A DNA stretch of 64,000 bases from the NCBI RefSeq assembly GCF_009914755.1, contig NC_060941.1. One strand, written 5' to 3'. The position numbers and the translations under genes were made by a program. The notes below the pieces were generated by a model, which made no database searches, was not told where the DNA came from, and saw only the letters and a program-made list of their open reading frames with translations. Position 1 is the stretch's first letter; every line of letters starts with the position of its first letter. This DNA comes from the human T2T-CHM13v2.0 reference genome, Homo sapiens. Positions 1 to 17,071 of this stretch are shown here, in pieces.

Positions 1-90
1 TTTAAGAGAAGAGTCTTGCTTTGATGTCAATAAATTACTAACGTTTCTCTAACACCTGCTCATCTTCCTTTTTAACCAAAGATATAAATC

Positions 91-456
<366 letters not shown>

Positions 457-564
457 TGAGTATATTTAAAGAAAAATGTAAGTAAATGGTAATATAGCTG
501 GTATTGACATGAAAGAACCACAAAGGTGATACTGGACGGCTGAGCTATAGAAAACAGCCCTACA

Positions 565-878
565 GGCTGGGCGCGGTGGCTCACGCCTGTAATCTCAGCA
601 CTTTGGGAGGCTGAGGCTGGTAGATCACGAGGTCAGGAGATCGAGACCATCCTGGCTAACACGGTGAAACCCCATCTCTACTAAAAATACAAAAAAATTA
701 GCCTGGCATGGTGGCGGGCGCCTGTAGTCCCAGCTGCTGGGGAGGCTGAGACAGCAGCCTGTGTGTGAACCTGGGAGGCGGAGGTTGCAGTGAGACAAGA
801 TCGCGCCACTGCACTCCAGCCTGGGTGACAGAGCGAGACTCCGTCTCAAAAAAAAAAAAGAAAGAAAGAAAGAAAAAA
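565..878 (+). mobile_element. AluY-type SINE
   Basis: gagatcgagaccatcctggctaacacggtg diagnostic; 15-bp TSD agaaaacagccctac at 549-563 and 879-893. Confidence 0.93.
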
Positions 879-2235
879 AGAAAACAGCCCTACGGCTTAC
901 ACACGAAGGGTCTGAGATGCTGGTTCTCAGGATCAGCTATGACCAGAGGAAACTTGTTAGAACAGATTGGAGTTCCTGCTCTTCCCTCACTCTGTTAATT
1001 TGCTCGATTGCCCTCAGGCTTCTCTTTCTATCCCATAGCCAGCCAAGAGCAGGCAGGGGCCAATTTTCTGGGTTTCTTGACCCTACTTTGAAGGCTCTCT
1101 GGCATGATACAAATGGATCCCATCCACCAAGGAGGAACTGACAACATGATTTACTATTGGAAGGATCTGGTTCGAAGGCCATGGCACCTCCACTGTCTGG
1201 GAGAGTATCTTTACCAAAAAAACTTGCCACTCAAGAAACGGAGCAAGCTATTCCAGGAAATACTTTCAGATGCAGTTTCCCGTCCAGCTCTAGTTTGAAA
1301 ATGAGGCCTTCTCAGTCTGAGCCCACAACCATATTTCATGGGCCCCCTCCCTGAGATGTGTTTATCCACGCTGACCGATAGTTCAAAGCGGTCGTTTGGA
1401 AGTGGAATAAAGAGTCGCTCTCTAAATTCACCAAAGGAGTTAAGACCAGGAATACTGGAGCGATTCCGACTGAGGTCACGGGGAGTTTAGGGGAAATTTT
1501 TGGTTTGGGTTTTCTCCTAGTTTTAATTGCTTATAAAAGCTCCTTAATGTCAAGTAAAGAACAACAACAAATGTGAAAAGTTGACTTCCCCAAGACGTTT
1601 ATTCAAAAGAAAAAAAAATGGTTCCCAGCAACCCTTATGCAGGAGGGAGGGGATTAGGACCAGATAATCTTGTATGAAAAGGAAAGGGAAACGCAAACTA
1701 CTCAAATACAAAACAACAGCTGCACGGACGGGCCTGCCAGAGAAACAACTGATCTGCTCTGTCACGACCTGTTTCACGGATCCCAGATCTGCTCTGGGGA
1801 CACCACAGTCAGCTCCACTCCCATCAAACGCGATTCAATGGACCATCCAAACCAAACTCAGGCTGCTTCCTTCTCTCTGAAAGGCCTGGCCCTCAGGCCG
1901 TTCCAGACACCCCTTCCCTGTCCTCCACGGGGTACTCTGACTTTTCATAGGTGACTAAACAACAGGCAAAACCGAGCAAATTAACAGAGGGAAGAGCAGG
2001 AACTCCAATCTGTTCTAATGTGTCTCCTCTGGTCATAGCCGATCCTGAGAACCAGCATCTCAGACCCTTCCTTTGTAAGCATCAAGCAAAGGGCCCAGGG
2101 CAGAGAGGTGTGGGTTACTTCTGCAGTAAGGAAGTTGGAAAGGGTGAGTCAGAAGCTAAGGAAAACGCTCACTCCCGGCAGTGAAAGTGAGCCTTCTCTT
2201 TGTATATTATGTTATATACTTTTAACTTTAAAAAA

Positions 2236-2812
2236 TTTATTATTATTATTATTATTATTTAAGACATAGTCTTGCTCTGTTGCCTAGGTTGGAGGGCAGT
2301 GACCTGATCTCAGCTCACTGCAACCTCCGCCTCCTGGGTTCAAGTGATTCTCCTGCCTCAGCCTCCTGAGTAGCTGGGATGACAGGCGTGTGCCGCCGCG
2401 CCCGGCTAATTTTTGTATTTTCCATAGAGACAGGGTTTCGCCATCCTGGCCAGGCTGGTCTTGAACTCCTGACCTCAGGTGATCCACCCACCTTGGCCTC
2501 CCAAAGTGCTGGGATGACAGGCGTGAGCCACCGCGCCCGGCTAATTTTTGTATTTTCCATAGAGACAGGGTTTCGCCATCCTGGCCAGGCTGGTCTTGAA
2601 CTCCTGACCTCAGGTGATCCACCCACCTTGGCCTCCCAAAGTGCTGGGATGACAGGCGTGAGCCACCGCGCCCGGCTAATTTTTGTATTTTCCATAGAGA
2701 CAGGGTTTCGCCATCCTGGCCAGGCTGGTCTTGAACTCCTGACCTCAGGTGATCCACCCACCTTGGCCTCCCAAAGTGCTGGGATGACAGGCGTGAGCCG
2801 CCGCGCCCGGCC
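2236..2812 (-). mobile_element. AluS-type SINE with three tandem copies of the 135-bp left arm and an (ATT)n tail
   Basis: cccggctaat recurs at 2401, 2536 and 2671 (period 135); copies essentially identical. Confidence 0.95.
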
Positions 2813-3262
2813 TGCATAGTTTTGACTTTTGAACCTCGTAAACATTTTACTTTTACTAAAAGAATAAAATCAAGTCAAAAGTAGGAGCAAACAGCAAATC
2901 CTAAAGTTTAATATGAGCAGAAACATGTGACCCTAACTCTAATAGTAACTATTACCTATCTAGACAAAAAGGCAAATAATTTAAGTGACTTTTGGATCTA
3001 GCTCTCTGACTATTCCTCCTTTCTTGGATGTGATCTAAGGACAAAAAGAACTGAAAAGAAAGTTTGAACTTGACTTGTTAGGATCACTGCTGGCCATGAT
3101 TACGGATGTTGCAAATCTGTAAACAAGGTTATCACAGTGGGATGAGAGGAACACAGATACGGACTGGGGAAGTAAGGAAGGGCCCTGGGCAGCTGGTTCT
3201 GAGTGCAACATATCAGTATCAACTCAAGATTTTAAAACACATTTAAATTTCTCAGCTCTTTC

Positions 3263-3552
3263 TTTTTTTTGAGACACAGTTTCACTCTGTCGCCTGCGCT
3301 GGAATGCAGTGGCACCATCTCGGCTCACTGCAACCTCCGCCTCCTGGGTTCAAGTGATTTGTGTGGCTCGGCCTCCTGAGTAGCTGGGGTTACAAACAAG
3401 TGCCACTATGCTCGGCTAATTTTTCTGTTTTTAGTAGAGACGGGGTTTCACCATGTTGGCCAGGCTGGTCTTGAACTCCTGAACTCAGGTGATCCGCCCA
3501 CCTCGGCCTCCCACAGTGCTGGGATTACAGGCGTGAGCCGCCGCGCCTGACC
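3263..3552 (-). mobile_element. AluS
   Basis: Full reverse Alu dimer. Confidence 0.9.
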
Positions 3553-3915
3553 ATTCTTTGCTCTTTCTATTGAAAGTGGCTAGAGGCAGTGAGAGGCCCA
3601 GCAAGGAACACACTTCATGACCAGATGTTGGTTTCTAAGGACCATCCCTCCACCAAAGGGAAGGAGGATTTCTCAGAGGAAGAGCTGATTCCAAGACTAG
3701 GGGAGGGAGAGGCCAAGCTGAGCCTGAACGTCTCACTGAGTGCCAGAAAAGCAAGCAAATGCTTACACGATGCTGGGAACATGTTAAAAGACTCAAGAGC
3801 CATCTTGAAAAGACTCCTACTTACCAAATTTGGGATACGGTAAAAAATAGTGAATTTAATAAGCTACAGCAATAGATTTTTTTTTTTTTAATCCATGAGT
3901 CTGAAATGATACTAA

Positions 3916-4655
<740 letters not shown>

Positions 4656-5295
4656 AACAGATTCATGAAAGAATCATCACATATCAGTGGATGTGAAGCC
4701 ACTGGGTAACAAGTTACTGGGAGGAGAACATTCCTACGGTCCTAAAGTATCACACCACTTACTGCTCGTTAGTTACAAAGGAGAAACTACCTTTACAAAG
4801 TAGAGTGATCTGGCAGACATTAGCTCAACCAAATGTTTAACCTCAGCATCATCAATAACAGGACGGAACTATGATGTGGCTCCTGGTGAGATGCAACAGG
4901 AGCTCTGCGGCATTCCTGCCAGAAATGTTTGGCCTGGATGTAATCACGAGGGAACCATTTGACAAATTCAGACTCTGGAAAATTCTGCAAGACAACAGAC
5001 CTATGCTCTAAACGTATCAATGCTACATTTCTTGGGTATGATAACGGTATTATTGCTAGGAAGAGAACACCCTTGTTTTTAGGAGATAATGAAGGTTTAG
5101 GAATGAAATATCATGATAAATATAATCTATTTTCAAATGCCCCACAGTATACTCAGGGGATTGGTTCTGGGACCCCCACATATTCCAAAATCCGCATATA
5201 CTGAAGTCCCACAATCAGCCCAGCAGAGCCTGAGTGTAGGAAAAACCAGCCTCTGCATACATGGGTTTCACATCCTGCGAATACTGTTCTGTCTT

Positions 5296-5587
5296 CTTTG
5301 TTTTTTTTGAGACAGAGTCTCACTCTGTCACCTGGGCTGGAGTGCAGTGGCGCGATCTCAGCTCACTGCAACCTCCACCTGGGTTCAAGTGATTCTCCTA
5401 CCTCAGCCTCCTGAGTAGCTGGAACTACAGGTGCCCGCCACCACGCCCAGCTAATTTTTTGTATTTTTAGTAGAGACGGGGTTTCACCGTGTGAGCCAGG
5501 ATGGTCTCGATCTCCTGACCTCATGATCAGCCCGCCTCAGCCTCCCGAAGTGCTGGGATTACAGGTGTGAGCCACCACGCTCAGCCG
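5296..5587 (-). mobile_element. Alu (Sc/Y)
   Basis: Reverse Alu with aggatggtctcgatctcc. Confidence 0.9.
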
Positions 5588-5588
5588 T

Positions 5589-5882
5589 GTTTTGTTTTGA
5601 GACAGGGTCTCGCTCTGTCCCCCAGGCTGGAGAGCAGTGGTACAATCACATCTCACTGCCGCCTCAACCTCCCTGGCTCAAGCGATCCTCCTGACTCAGC
5701 CTCCTGAGTAGCTGGGACCACAGGAGCATGCCTCCATGCCCAGATAATTTTTAATATTATTTGTAGAGATGGGGGTCTCTCTATGTTGCCCACGCTGGTC
5801 TTGAACTCCTGGGCTGATGCAATCCTCCTGCCTCAACCTCCCATAGTGGTGGGATTACAGGTGTGAGCCTCTGCACCTGGCT
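5589..5882 (-). mobile_element. AluJ
   Basis: Reverse Alu with J-type gatcctcc/ctcctgggct. Confidence 0.88.
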
Positions 5883-6090
5883 GACACTGTATTTTTGATT
5901 CACATCTGGTTGAAAAAAGTCCACATACAAATGGACCCTTGCAATTCAAATCCACGTCATTCAAGGATCAACTGTCCTTCAGGGAAAAAACATACCCACT
6001 GCTTACACAGAGCTCTGTAGAGGTTTATGTCAGGCTCATACAGTGTGTTCCCCAGATCAGCAGCAGCAATGCCTGGGAACTGAGTGAGGA

Positions 6091-6447
6091 AACACGTTAA
6101 CCATTGCTCAGTTTCGGTGAAAGGACACAGTTACCGTTGCTGGGTTCCGGTGAAGGGACACGTCTGCCATTGCTCGGTTCCGGTGAAGGGGCACAGTTAC
6201 CGTTGCTCGGTTCCGGTGAAGGGGCACGTTTACCGTTGCTCACTTCCGGTGAAGGGGCACGTTTACCATTGCTCACTTCCGGTGAAGGGGCACGTTTACC
6301 ATTGCTCACTTCCGGTGAAGGGGCACGTTTACCATTGCTCGGTCCCACGTTTACCGTTGCTCGGTTCCGGTGAAGGGACACGTTCACCGTTGCTCGGTTC
6401 CGGTGAAGGGACGCGTCTGCCGTTGCTCGGTTCCGGTGAAGGGCACA
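6091..6447. repeat. 33-bp minisatellite, ~11 units (one truncated)
   Basis: Unit ~cacgtttaccgttgctcggttccggtgaagggg; ggtgaa at 6116, 6149, 6182 and onward. Confidence 0.95.
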
Positions 6448-7473
6448 GGATGGGCATTCATGGTACTTGTCTTCAACTTTTCTGTAGGTCTGAAATTTCC
6501 CAAGATAAAAAGTTCGGAGTAGGGAGAGTAAGTCTTAATCCATTTCCTTCTCAGGGAATCAAAACCACGGTTCTTCAGAGTGTTGATTCTTAAATTTGCC
6601 AAAACGTAGGGGAGTGCTAGCTTAGATCCATCTGTGTTCCCTAGTTCCATGTCCCATGGGACAAGACACCAGCCTCAACGGTATTAGGTCAGGAGGGCGG
6701 ATTGCATGGAAAGAAACAGAATCGAGGAACAAAGTGGGCTCTGCCCGTTCAAACGGCTGCCCTGGGAGTACAGGCTGTTTCTCCCTGATAAACATCGGTG
6801 AGACCAACATGAGTGTGAGGCTTTGCAGGAACTTGCCCTGCATTTCCTCCCTCTCCAGATAATTCTCTGGTCTAACATTTCAGAAGGCTTTTTACCAGAC
6901 TCACCCTGAGATCCTTTCCAACCTGATTATAAGAGAAACCATCATGACCCCACTGCTCACTCTGAGGCTCCTCTAATTAACGGACCTCTAAGGAATGTGT
7001 TTGGCATTAAAGGGGCAGAGGTGGGTAAAGTTAAGGAAGCTGCTGCAAATCTCCTGAAAACGGAGGCAACCCAGGCGGTGTTCTGTCAGTCTGCTGCCCA
7101 AGGAAGGGCCAGATGCCCTGAACCCTTCTCTCTCATTCAACACGGATGAAAAGATAAAGAATCCAGAAACTAAAGGGCAGATTCTAGAATTTACCTCCTG
7201 CTTAAGCTGTCCTGGCAGTCAGGCTCCTGGATCTCGGAACTAGAACCACGCCTGGTTTATGTAAAATCAGGAGATGGGACTAAACAGATCATCTCGTCCA
7301 CACTGATTGAACAGAGGAGAAAAGCACAACTCCCAGAAGTCATCTTTCTCGCTCGATATTGTCCATCTCCCCTCCCTGTGCTCCTTCAGTGGAAGCGCAT
7401 TGGGTGATATCCTCTGTATTAGGTAGCAATGTTTTCTGGGCAAGGGAAACTATTGGTATTACAGGCTGGCTGA

Positions 7474-7808
<335 letters not shown>

Positions 7809-7829
7809 TGACAGTCTCTCCCCTCCAAG

Positions 7830-8400
<571 letters not shown>

Positions 8401-8542
8401 GCCGATAGGAAGAGACTGGCAAGATATTAGATTTTTTTTTTTAAATCAGACGTTTCTTTTGTAAATAGAACAGACAATACCCGTCACATACATGTATAAA
8501 TGCACAGAAGATATTTCAGAAGGATGTATATAAGAAACTTAA

Positions 8543-8822
8543 GGCTGGGCGCAGTGGCTCACACCTGTAATACCAGCACTTTGAGAGGCCGAGGCAGGAG
8601 GATCACCTGCACTGAAGAGTTCAAGATCAGCCTGGGCAACATGGTGAAACGCTGTCTCTACAAAAAATACAAAAGTTGGTGGCGGGCGCCTGTAGTCTCA
8701 GGTACTCGGGAGGCTGAGGCAGGAGAACCCTTGTACCCAGGAGGCGGAGCATGCAGTGAGCTGAGATCGCGTCATTGCCCTCCAGCCTGGGCGACAGAGA
8801 CCCCATCTCAATAAATAGATAA
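8543..8822 (+). mobile_element. Alu
   Basis: Forward Alu dimer with a short linker deletion. Confidence 0.88.
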
Positions 8823-9198
8823 ATGAACCTTAAGAGAGAGGATAGGTGAGGAGTTGTACCTCAGTAACACCCTTCAGTACCATGTACCTGTTTTAAGTAC
8901 GTGCATGGAGTTCTGCTTTTATAAAGAAAGAAAAAGTCCTGGCAGCCTCTAACGTTGTTCAATTTCAGCCCAGACCCTATCAAGCAAGGACTTTTTAACT
9001 GAATCAGCAATTAAACTGCTAGATGTGGACTAATCTGGTTTGTGATCTGAAAATACATATTCTTAGTGAAACAAATGATTTGAGCATGGGTCAGGGCAAG
9101 GCCAACATTCAAATACTGCAAACCCTCAGCTGGTGCCAGCCTCAGGCTGCGGGTCAGAACATGTGAGTGGAAACAGTTCCCAGGAAAGAAAACTGATG

Positions 9199-9660
9199 CC
9201 AGCTTGGTCAGCAAGTTCTCGGGGTTCTCCGGGGAATTCTCCAGCTTGGTCAGCAAGTTCTCGGGGTTCTCCGGGGAATCCTCCAGCTTGGTCAGCAAGT
9301 TCTCGGGGTTCTCCGGGGAATCCTCCAGCTTGGTCAGCAAGTTCTCGGGGTTCTCCGGGGAATCCTCCAGCTTGGTCAGCAAGTTCTCGGGGTTCTCCGG
9401 GGAATCCTCCAGCATGGTCAGCAAGTTCTCGGGGTTCTCCGGGGAATCCTCCAGCTTGGTCAGCAAGTTCTCGGGGTTCTCCGGGGAATCCTCCAGCTTG
9501 GTCAGCAAGTTCTCGGGGTTCTCCGGGGAATCCTCCAGCATGGTCAGCAAGTTCTCGGGGTTCTCCGGGGAATCCTCCAGCTTGGTCAGCAAGTTCTCGG
9601 GGTTCTCCGGGGAATTCTCCAGCATGGTCAGCAAGTTCTCGGGGTTCTCCAGGGAATTCT
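9199..9660. repeat. 42-bp minisatellite, 11 near-identical units
   Basis: ccagc(t/a)tggtcagcaagttctcggggttctccggggaat(c/t)ct starting at 9199, 9241 ... 9619. Confidence 0.97.
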
Positions 9661-9886
9661 TGCCAGTCCCTTAAGATTATGCTCAGAGTAGGGCTTGCCC
9701 AGCTACCAACATATGCTTTCCTGTTGTTGAAGGAGAAGTTCAGCAAAACTATGTAGCTAAATGACACGAAAAGTTTTTTCTCAAAGCCTGGGAGAACAGT
9801 AGTTTGGCCTCTGAAGAATCCCAAACTTGTGGTTAATAAGAGAAAAATAGACAGTTTAACACGTGGAAGATTGAAAAGTCTAAACA

Positions 9887-10150
9887 GGCCAGCGTGGTGG
9901 CTCTTCCCTGTAATCCCAGCACTTTGGGAGGCCAAGGCAGGTGGAACACCTGAGGTCAGGAGTTCGAGACCAGCCTGGCCAACATGGCAAGACCCCATCT
10001 CTACTAAAAATACAAAAATTAGCCAGGTGTGGTGGCGGGAGGCTGTAATCGCAGCTACTCGGGAGGCTGAGGCATGAGAATCGCTTGAACCCAGGAGGTG
10101 GAGGCTGCAGTAAGCCGACAGAATGAGACTCCAACTCAAAAAAAAAAAAA
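9887..10150 (+). mobile_element. AluS with a right-arm deletion
   Basis: Forward Alu; gcagtaagccgacaga junction; TSD aaaagtct. Confidence 0.88.
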
Positions 10151-10251
10151 AGTCTTAAATGTACCTTGCAAAGAGTGTGCAGAAGCTGTTCAGATGTAAG
10201 TGGGGGTCCTGTGTGGTTGTTCTGCCTTGTTACTAATGACCTTCAGAGTGA

Positions 10252-11032
<781 letters not shown>

Positions 11033-12203
11033 TGAAACTACCTTCTCTACATCGTGATCACCCCAGTGCCAGCACCGACCCTGGGCCGGGCCCACCATCC
11101 CGCCTGTGTTTGTAGGATAAGTAAATGAGCAGAGAAAGGAAAATGTCCAGATGCACAAAAAGGAAACCTCGGAAATCCCTGCAGCCAGAGAAAGACACAG
11201 AAAACACGGAGGCTGAGTGTTGGAGCTTCCCAGGGCCCCGGGTGGAAGGTCTCCCAGGCTTTCTATCACTGCAGACGCCAGGTGGTGGCTGGGGCAGATT
11301 CTACCCAAGCCTCCTGCCTTATATTAAGTCCCACCCTCCACACAGATGAACCTCTAGACTTGGGTGAACCCCACTGACCAGACAGTTCCTTCTCTCTCAT
11401 CTCACATCCTGCCTCCTGTTTGTTAACTTCCCAGCACAGATCTGTTTCTCTGTAAAGGGCAGGCAGCCCTTACACACCCTGGGTTACATCAAAGGCCAGA
11501 ACGAAAGGCCAGCACGGCTTAAGAGGGCCGTCCAGAACTGGCTGCTGACACCAACCCAAGAGTGATCCAGCTTCTGACTCACCAGGCACCAGCTCATGCT
11601 CTCTGATCCAGGAGCCCCGACAAGCGACCTGAGGTTCCAGGGGGGCTGCCTGACACATCTCTGCTCCGACCAACAGGGTTAGGAACCTACACAGATTACG
11701 AGGTGGAAGAAGGAAGGTCTCTAAAGCTCCTGAGCTGCAAACAGGACCATATTGGCAAAAGCTCCTGTGTCCCTGTTCACATCCACATACTTTAAGTATT
11801 ATTTCTGCAGCATTTAAATACTTTAGAAAGATACTGTAAGAATCGCTGACATATGTAGGTTTCAATGAAATCACTCAGGGAGCCCTCCCCACTCGGGAAA
11901 GACTCCTTATTACAGAGCCCAGTTCTGTAAGTTCCCTGGAGAAATGAGTGAGGAGGGAAGGCGGACGTGGTCAGTCATAAAATCTTGACGCTCTTTTTCA
12001 CTTCCTCTGCTCGTTCGTGTTCCACGGACAGTTAACAGCTACGTCCTGCCAATTCTCCTCCAAGCCTCTCTGGGAACCAGTTCTTTGCCTCTGATCTCGG
12101 TTAAGAACCGCTGACCTGCTGCCCAGAGTAAAAGGTGGCGTGCGAGAGCTCTCGTACTTAGGAAGGAAAGGATGGTGCCAGGCGCTTGGTGCTTGCCTTA
12201 AGC

Positions 12204-12412
12204 CGGCAGTTTTCAACCGGGGGGTGGTTGTGCTTCCCACGGGCCATTTAGCAATGCCTGGGAACGTTCCTGGCTGTCACATTGCGGGGTGGAGTGTTAC
12301 TGACACAGTAGGTAGAAGCCAGGATGCTGTCCACGTTCTACCAGGCACAGGACAGCTCCTCCCACAGCAAAGAAGTACCTGGCTCAGAACGTCAGCAGGG
12401 CCAAGAAACCCC
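12204..12412 (+). mobile_element. MER20 (hAT-Charlie)
   Basis: cagttttcaaccgggggg...gtagaagccaggatgctg...cacaggacagc...aagaaaccc follows the recalled MER20 consensus. Confidence 0.8.
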
Positions 12413-12701
12413 ACACCAAGCCTCTCCTGGGATTATTCCAGTCTCCATTTGGCCCCCAGTCACTTTCTGATTCCAGTTCTCCAGCCCAGGAATGCAGGAC
12501 GTGGATTAGAGAAGCAAAGGGAAAGTTCATCCAGAAAGATTCCGGTTCTGTGAGTGTTACTAACGGGGCAAGCACCTTGAAGGTACCGTGGGACGTGGGT
12601 GATTCATGAGCCTGAATTGTCTCACTGTTATCACGTGATCAGAGTGAGGCGGCCTAAGGGAGCATCACAGGATGGGAAGGGCCAGGTTGAATGAAAAATC
12701 C

Positions 12702-13012
12702 TGGCTGAGTTCAGTGGCTCAGGCCTGTAATCCTAGCACCTTGGGAGGCCAAGGAGGGAGGATTGTTTGAGTCCAGGAGTTCGAGACCAGCCTGGACAAT
12801 ATACTGACACCCTGTCTCTACAAAAAAAAAAGTAATAATACAAATAATTAGCCAGGTGTGGTGTCCCGTGCCTGTAGTCCCAGCCACTTGAGAGGCTGAG
12901 GTGGGAGGACTGGTTAAGCCTGGAAGGCGGAGGTGCCAGTGAGCCCCGATTGTGCTACTGTATTCAAGCCTGGGCAACAGAGTGAGACTCTGTCTGGAAA
13001 AAAAAAAAAAAA
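12702..13012 (+). mobile_element. AluJ
   Basis: Forward Alu with poly-A tail. Confidence 0.88.
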
Positions 13013-13047
13013 GAATCTTATCCACCCCACCCAGTCTTTCTTTCTGA

Positions 13048-13402
<355 letters not shown>

Positions 13403-13599
13403 ATGCTTTTATTTTAAGCACGGTGATCTTCGCAGCTCTCATTCTGGAGCCACATTGGCAGCCACCATGAACTAAGGGAGTGTACATACAACCTCCCAGG
13501 CACCCCGAAGCTCCAGGGTTAGAACCTGGTCACTGTGGTGACCTCAATGATGAGGCCAACAAGTAATTGATTCCTAATATCACTTAGTGAAGTTAGTAA

Positions 13600-13968
<369 letters not shown>

Positions 13969-14417
13969 TGAATGGAAAATGTTGATGTTACACTAGCTAA
14001 TTGGGAATGGCATGTGTTATCCAGCCCTGATCCAGCTCTGCTGTGTTACTGATGAACACCTAACAGTTACCCGCAAGCTTGCAAAATGCTTTTATGAACC
14101 ACATATCACCAAGCATCTGCAGTGCTATTTGCTTTATTTCCTGGGAAACTCGGGGGTGAGGGATTGGGGGAGGAATTATCAAAATTTGGACAAACCCAGA
14201 GAAGTATGTTATGTGTGGAATTTCAGACACCATGTGTGCTGTGGCAAAAATAAAAATAAAAAATGAAAAAGTTGAGGACTGTGATTCTAAAACAGGATGA
14301 GGAAGAAGGGCCTGAAGCCATAAATGGAAGAACCAGGGATGATGGAGAGTTCCTGCACTGAGTCCTGGCCTTTCTGCCAAGCTGCCGAATGCTCAGAGGC
14401 CACGATGCTGAACCCGT

Positions 14418-14725
14418 GAATCAAAGACAAGAGGAGAGGGAGGGAGAGAGAGAGGGGGAGAGAGGGAGAGAGAGAGAGACGGAGGGAGGGAGGGAGGAAC
14501 ACATCAAAGACAAGGAGAGAGACAGAGGAACACGTCAATCAAAGACAAGGAGAGAGAGAGAGAGAAACATCAAAGACAAGGAGAGAGACAGAGGAACATG
14601 TCAATCAAAGACAAGGAGGGAGAGAGAGAGAGAAACACATCAACGACAAGGAGACAGAGGAACATGTCAATCAAAGACAAGGAGAGAAAGAGAGAAACAC
14701 ATCAATCAAAGGCAAGGAGAGAGAG
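14418..14725. repeat. Purine-rich compound tandem repeat (~33-bp units alternating in a ~66-bp higher order)
   Basis: atcaaagacaaggagaga... recurs 8 times with variable (GA)n tracts. Confidence 0.9.
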
Positions 14726-14856
14726 TGTGTTTGAGGAAACACCACCAGCCTATGGTGTTTAATCTTCAGTGCCAACATGAGTGAGCTAGAGGGTACCCTG
14801 ATATTTGATTAAACATGATCCTGAGTGTGTCTGTGACTATGTTTCCGGGTGAGATC

Positions 14857-15172
<316 letters not shown>

Positions 15173-15457
15173 TGAATCAGCAGACTCGGAATATAAAGCA
15201 GACTGCTCTCCCCAGTGTGGGTGGGCCTCATCCAACCCACTGAAGTCTAAGGAGAAAAAACTAAATAGAAAAAACTGCTGACAGGGAGAATTCTCTCTGA
15301 CTGTCTTCCAGCTGGGACACCCGTCTTCCTCTGCCTTCAGACTTGGCGGGAACTTACACCATCAGTTCTCCTGGGTCTCCAGCTTGCCAACTGCAGCTCT
15401 TGGGGCTTCTTAGCTTCTATAACCATGTGTGCCAATCCTTTATAAGAAATCTCTTTC

Positions 15458-15809
<352 letters not shown>

Positions 15810-16227
15810 TCACAGAGAGACCTTTGAGAATATACAACGTGAATATCAACCTCTTACTGGAAGCTTCTTTTAGCATCTTCTTGAGACCTCCTTAGCTAGA
15901 AAGTCTGGCAAAGTGAAGTTCTGGAAGCTTTGTGCATATAAATAATGATAATATCAATGGGTTGGTAGGAAACGGCCTTCTCAGACCTATGAAAAAAATA
16001 TATCCTCCTACAGTTTATTAAGGAAAAATGTTTATGCCTTAATTTAAACCATTTCCCTGGGGGGAAAGAGAAGCAGTTCATTAATTACATAGGACAGTGA
16101 GTGAGGGAGTGGGGGAAACACACGGGTTCTGGTGAGGATGATCACGTCTCAGCTTCCTCCATTTCTCCAACATCAGCTGCTCAAGACAGAATCATGGTCT
16201 TTTTCCAGCATCTGAGCCGCCCACTCC

Positions 16228-17071
<844 letters not shown>

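Larger units (their letters stand above)
5140..5974 (-). mobile_element. MER8 (TcMar-Tigger) DNA transposon split by two Alus
   Basis: ggggattggttctgggacccc...gcgaatactgt (5157-5290) and ggttgaaaaaagtccac...ttcaaggatcaactg (5908-5974) match the recalled MER8 consensus. Confidence 0.7.

Noticed and set aside
900-2180. Short non-Alu ORFs (64-97 aa)
   Set aside because: Lengths are expected by chance, with no recognisable protein family or convincing splice-site pairs.
2284-2845. 146-177-aa repeated ORFs
   Set aside because: Translation of the triplicated Alu arm.
6084-6593. Cys/His-rich 169-aa ORF resembling a zinc-finger repeat
   Set aside because: It is the 33-bp VNTR, with one Cys per unit, no C2H2 spacing or TGEKP linker, and an internal frameshift.
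9011-10139. 207-337-aa ORFs on both strands
   Set aside because: These are readings of the 42-bp VNTR plus Alu; openness in multiple frames indicates a repeat artefact.
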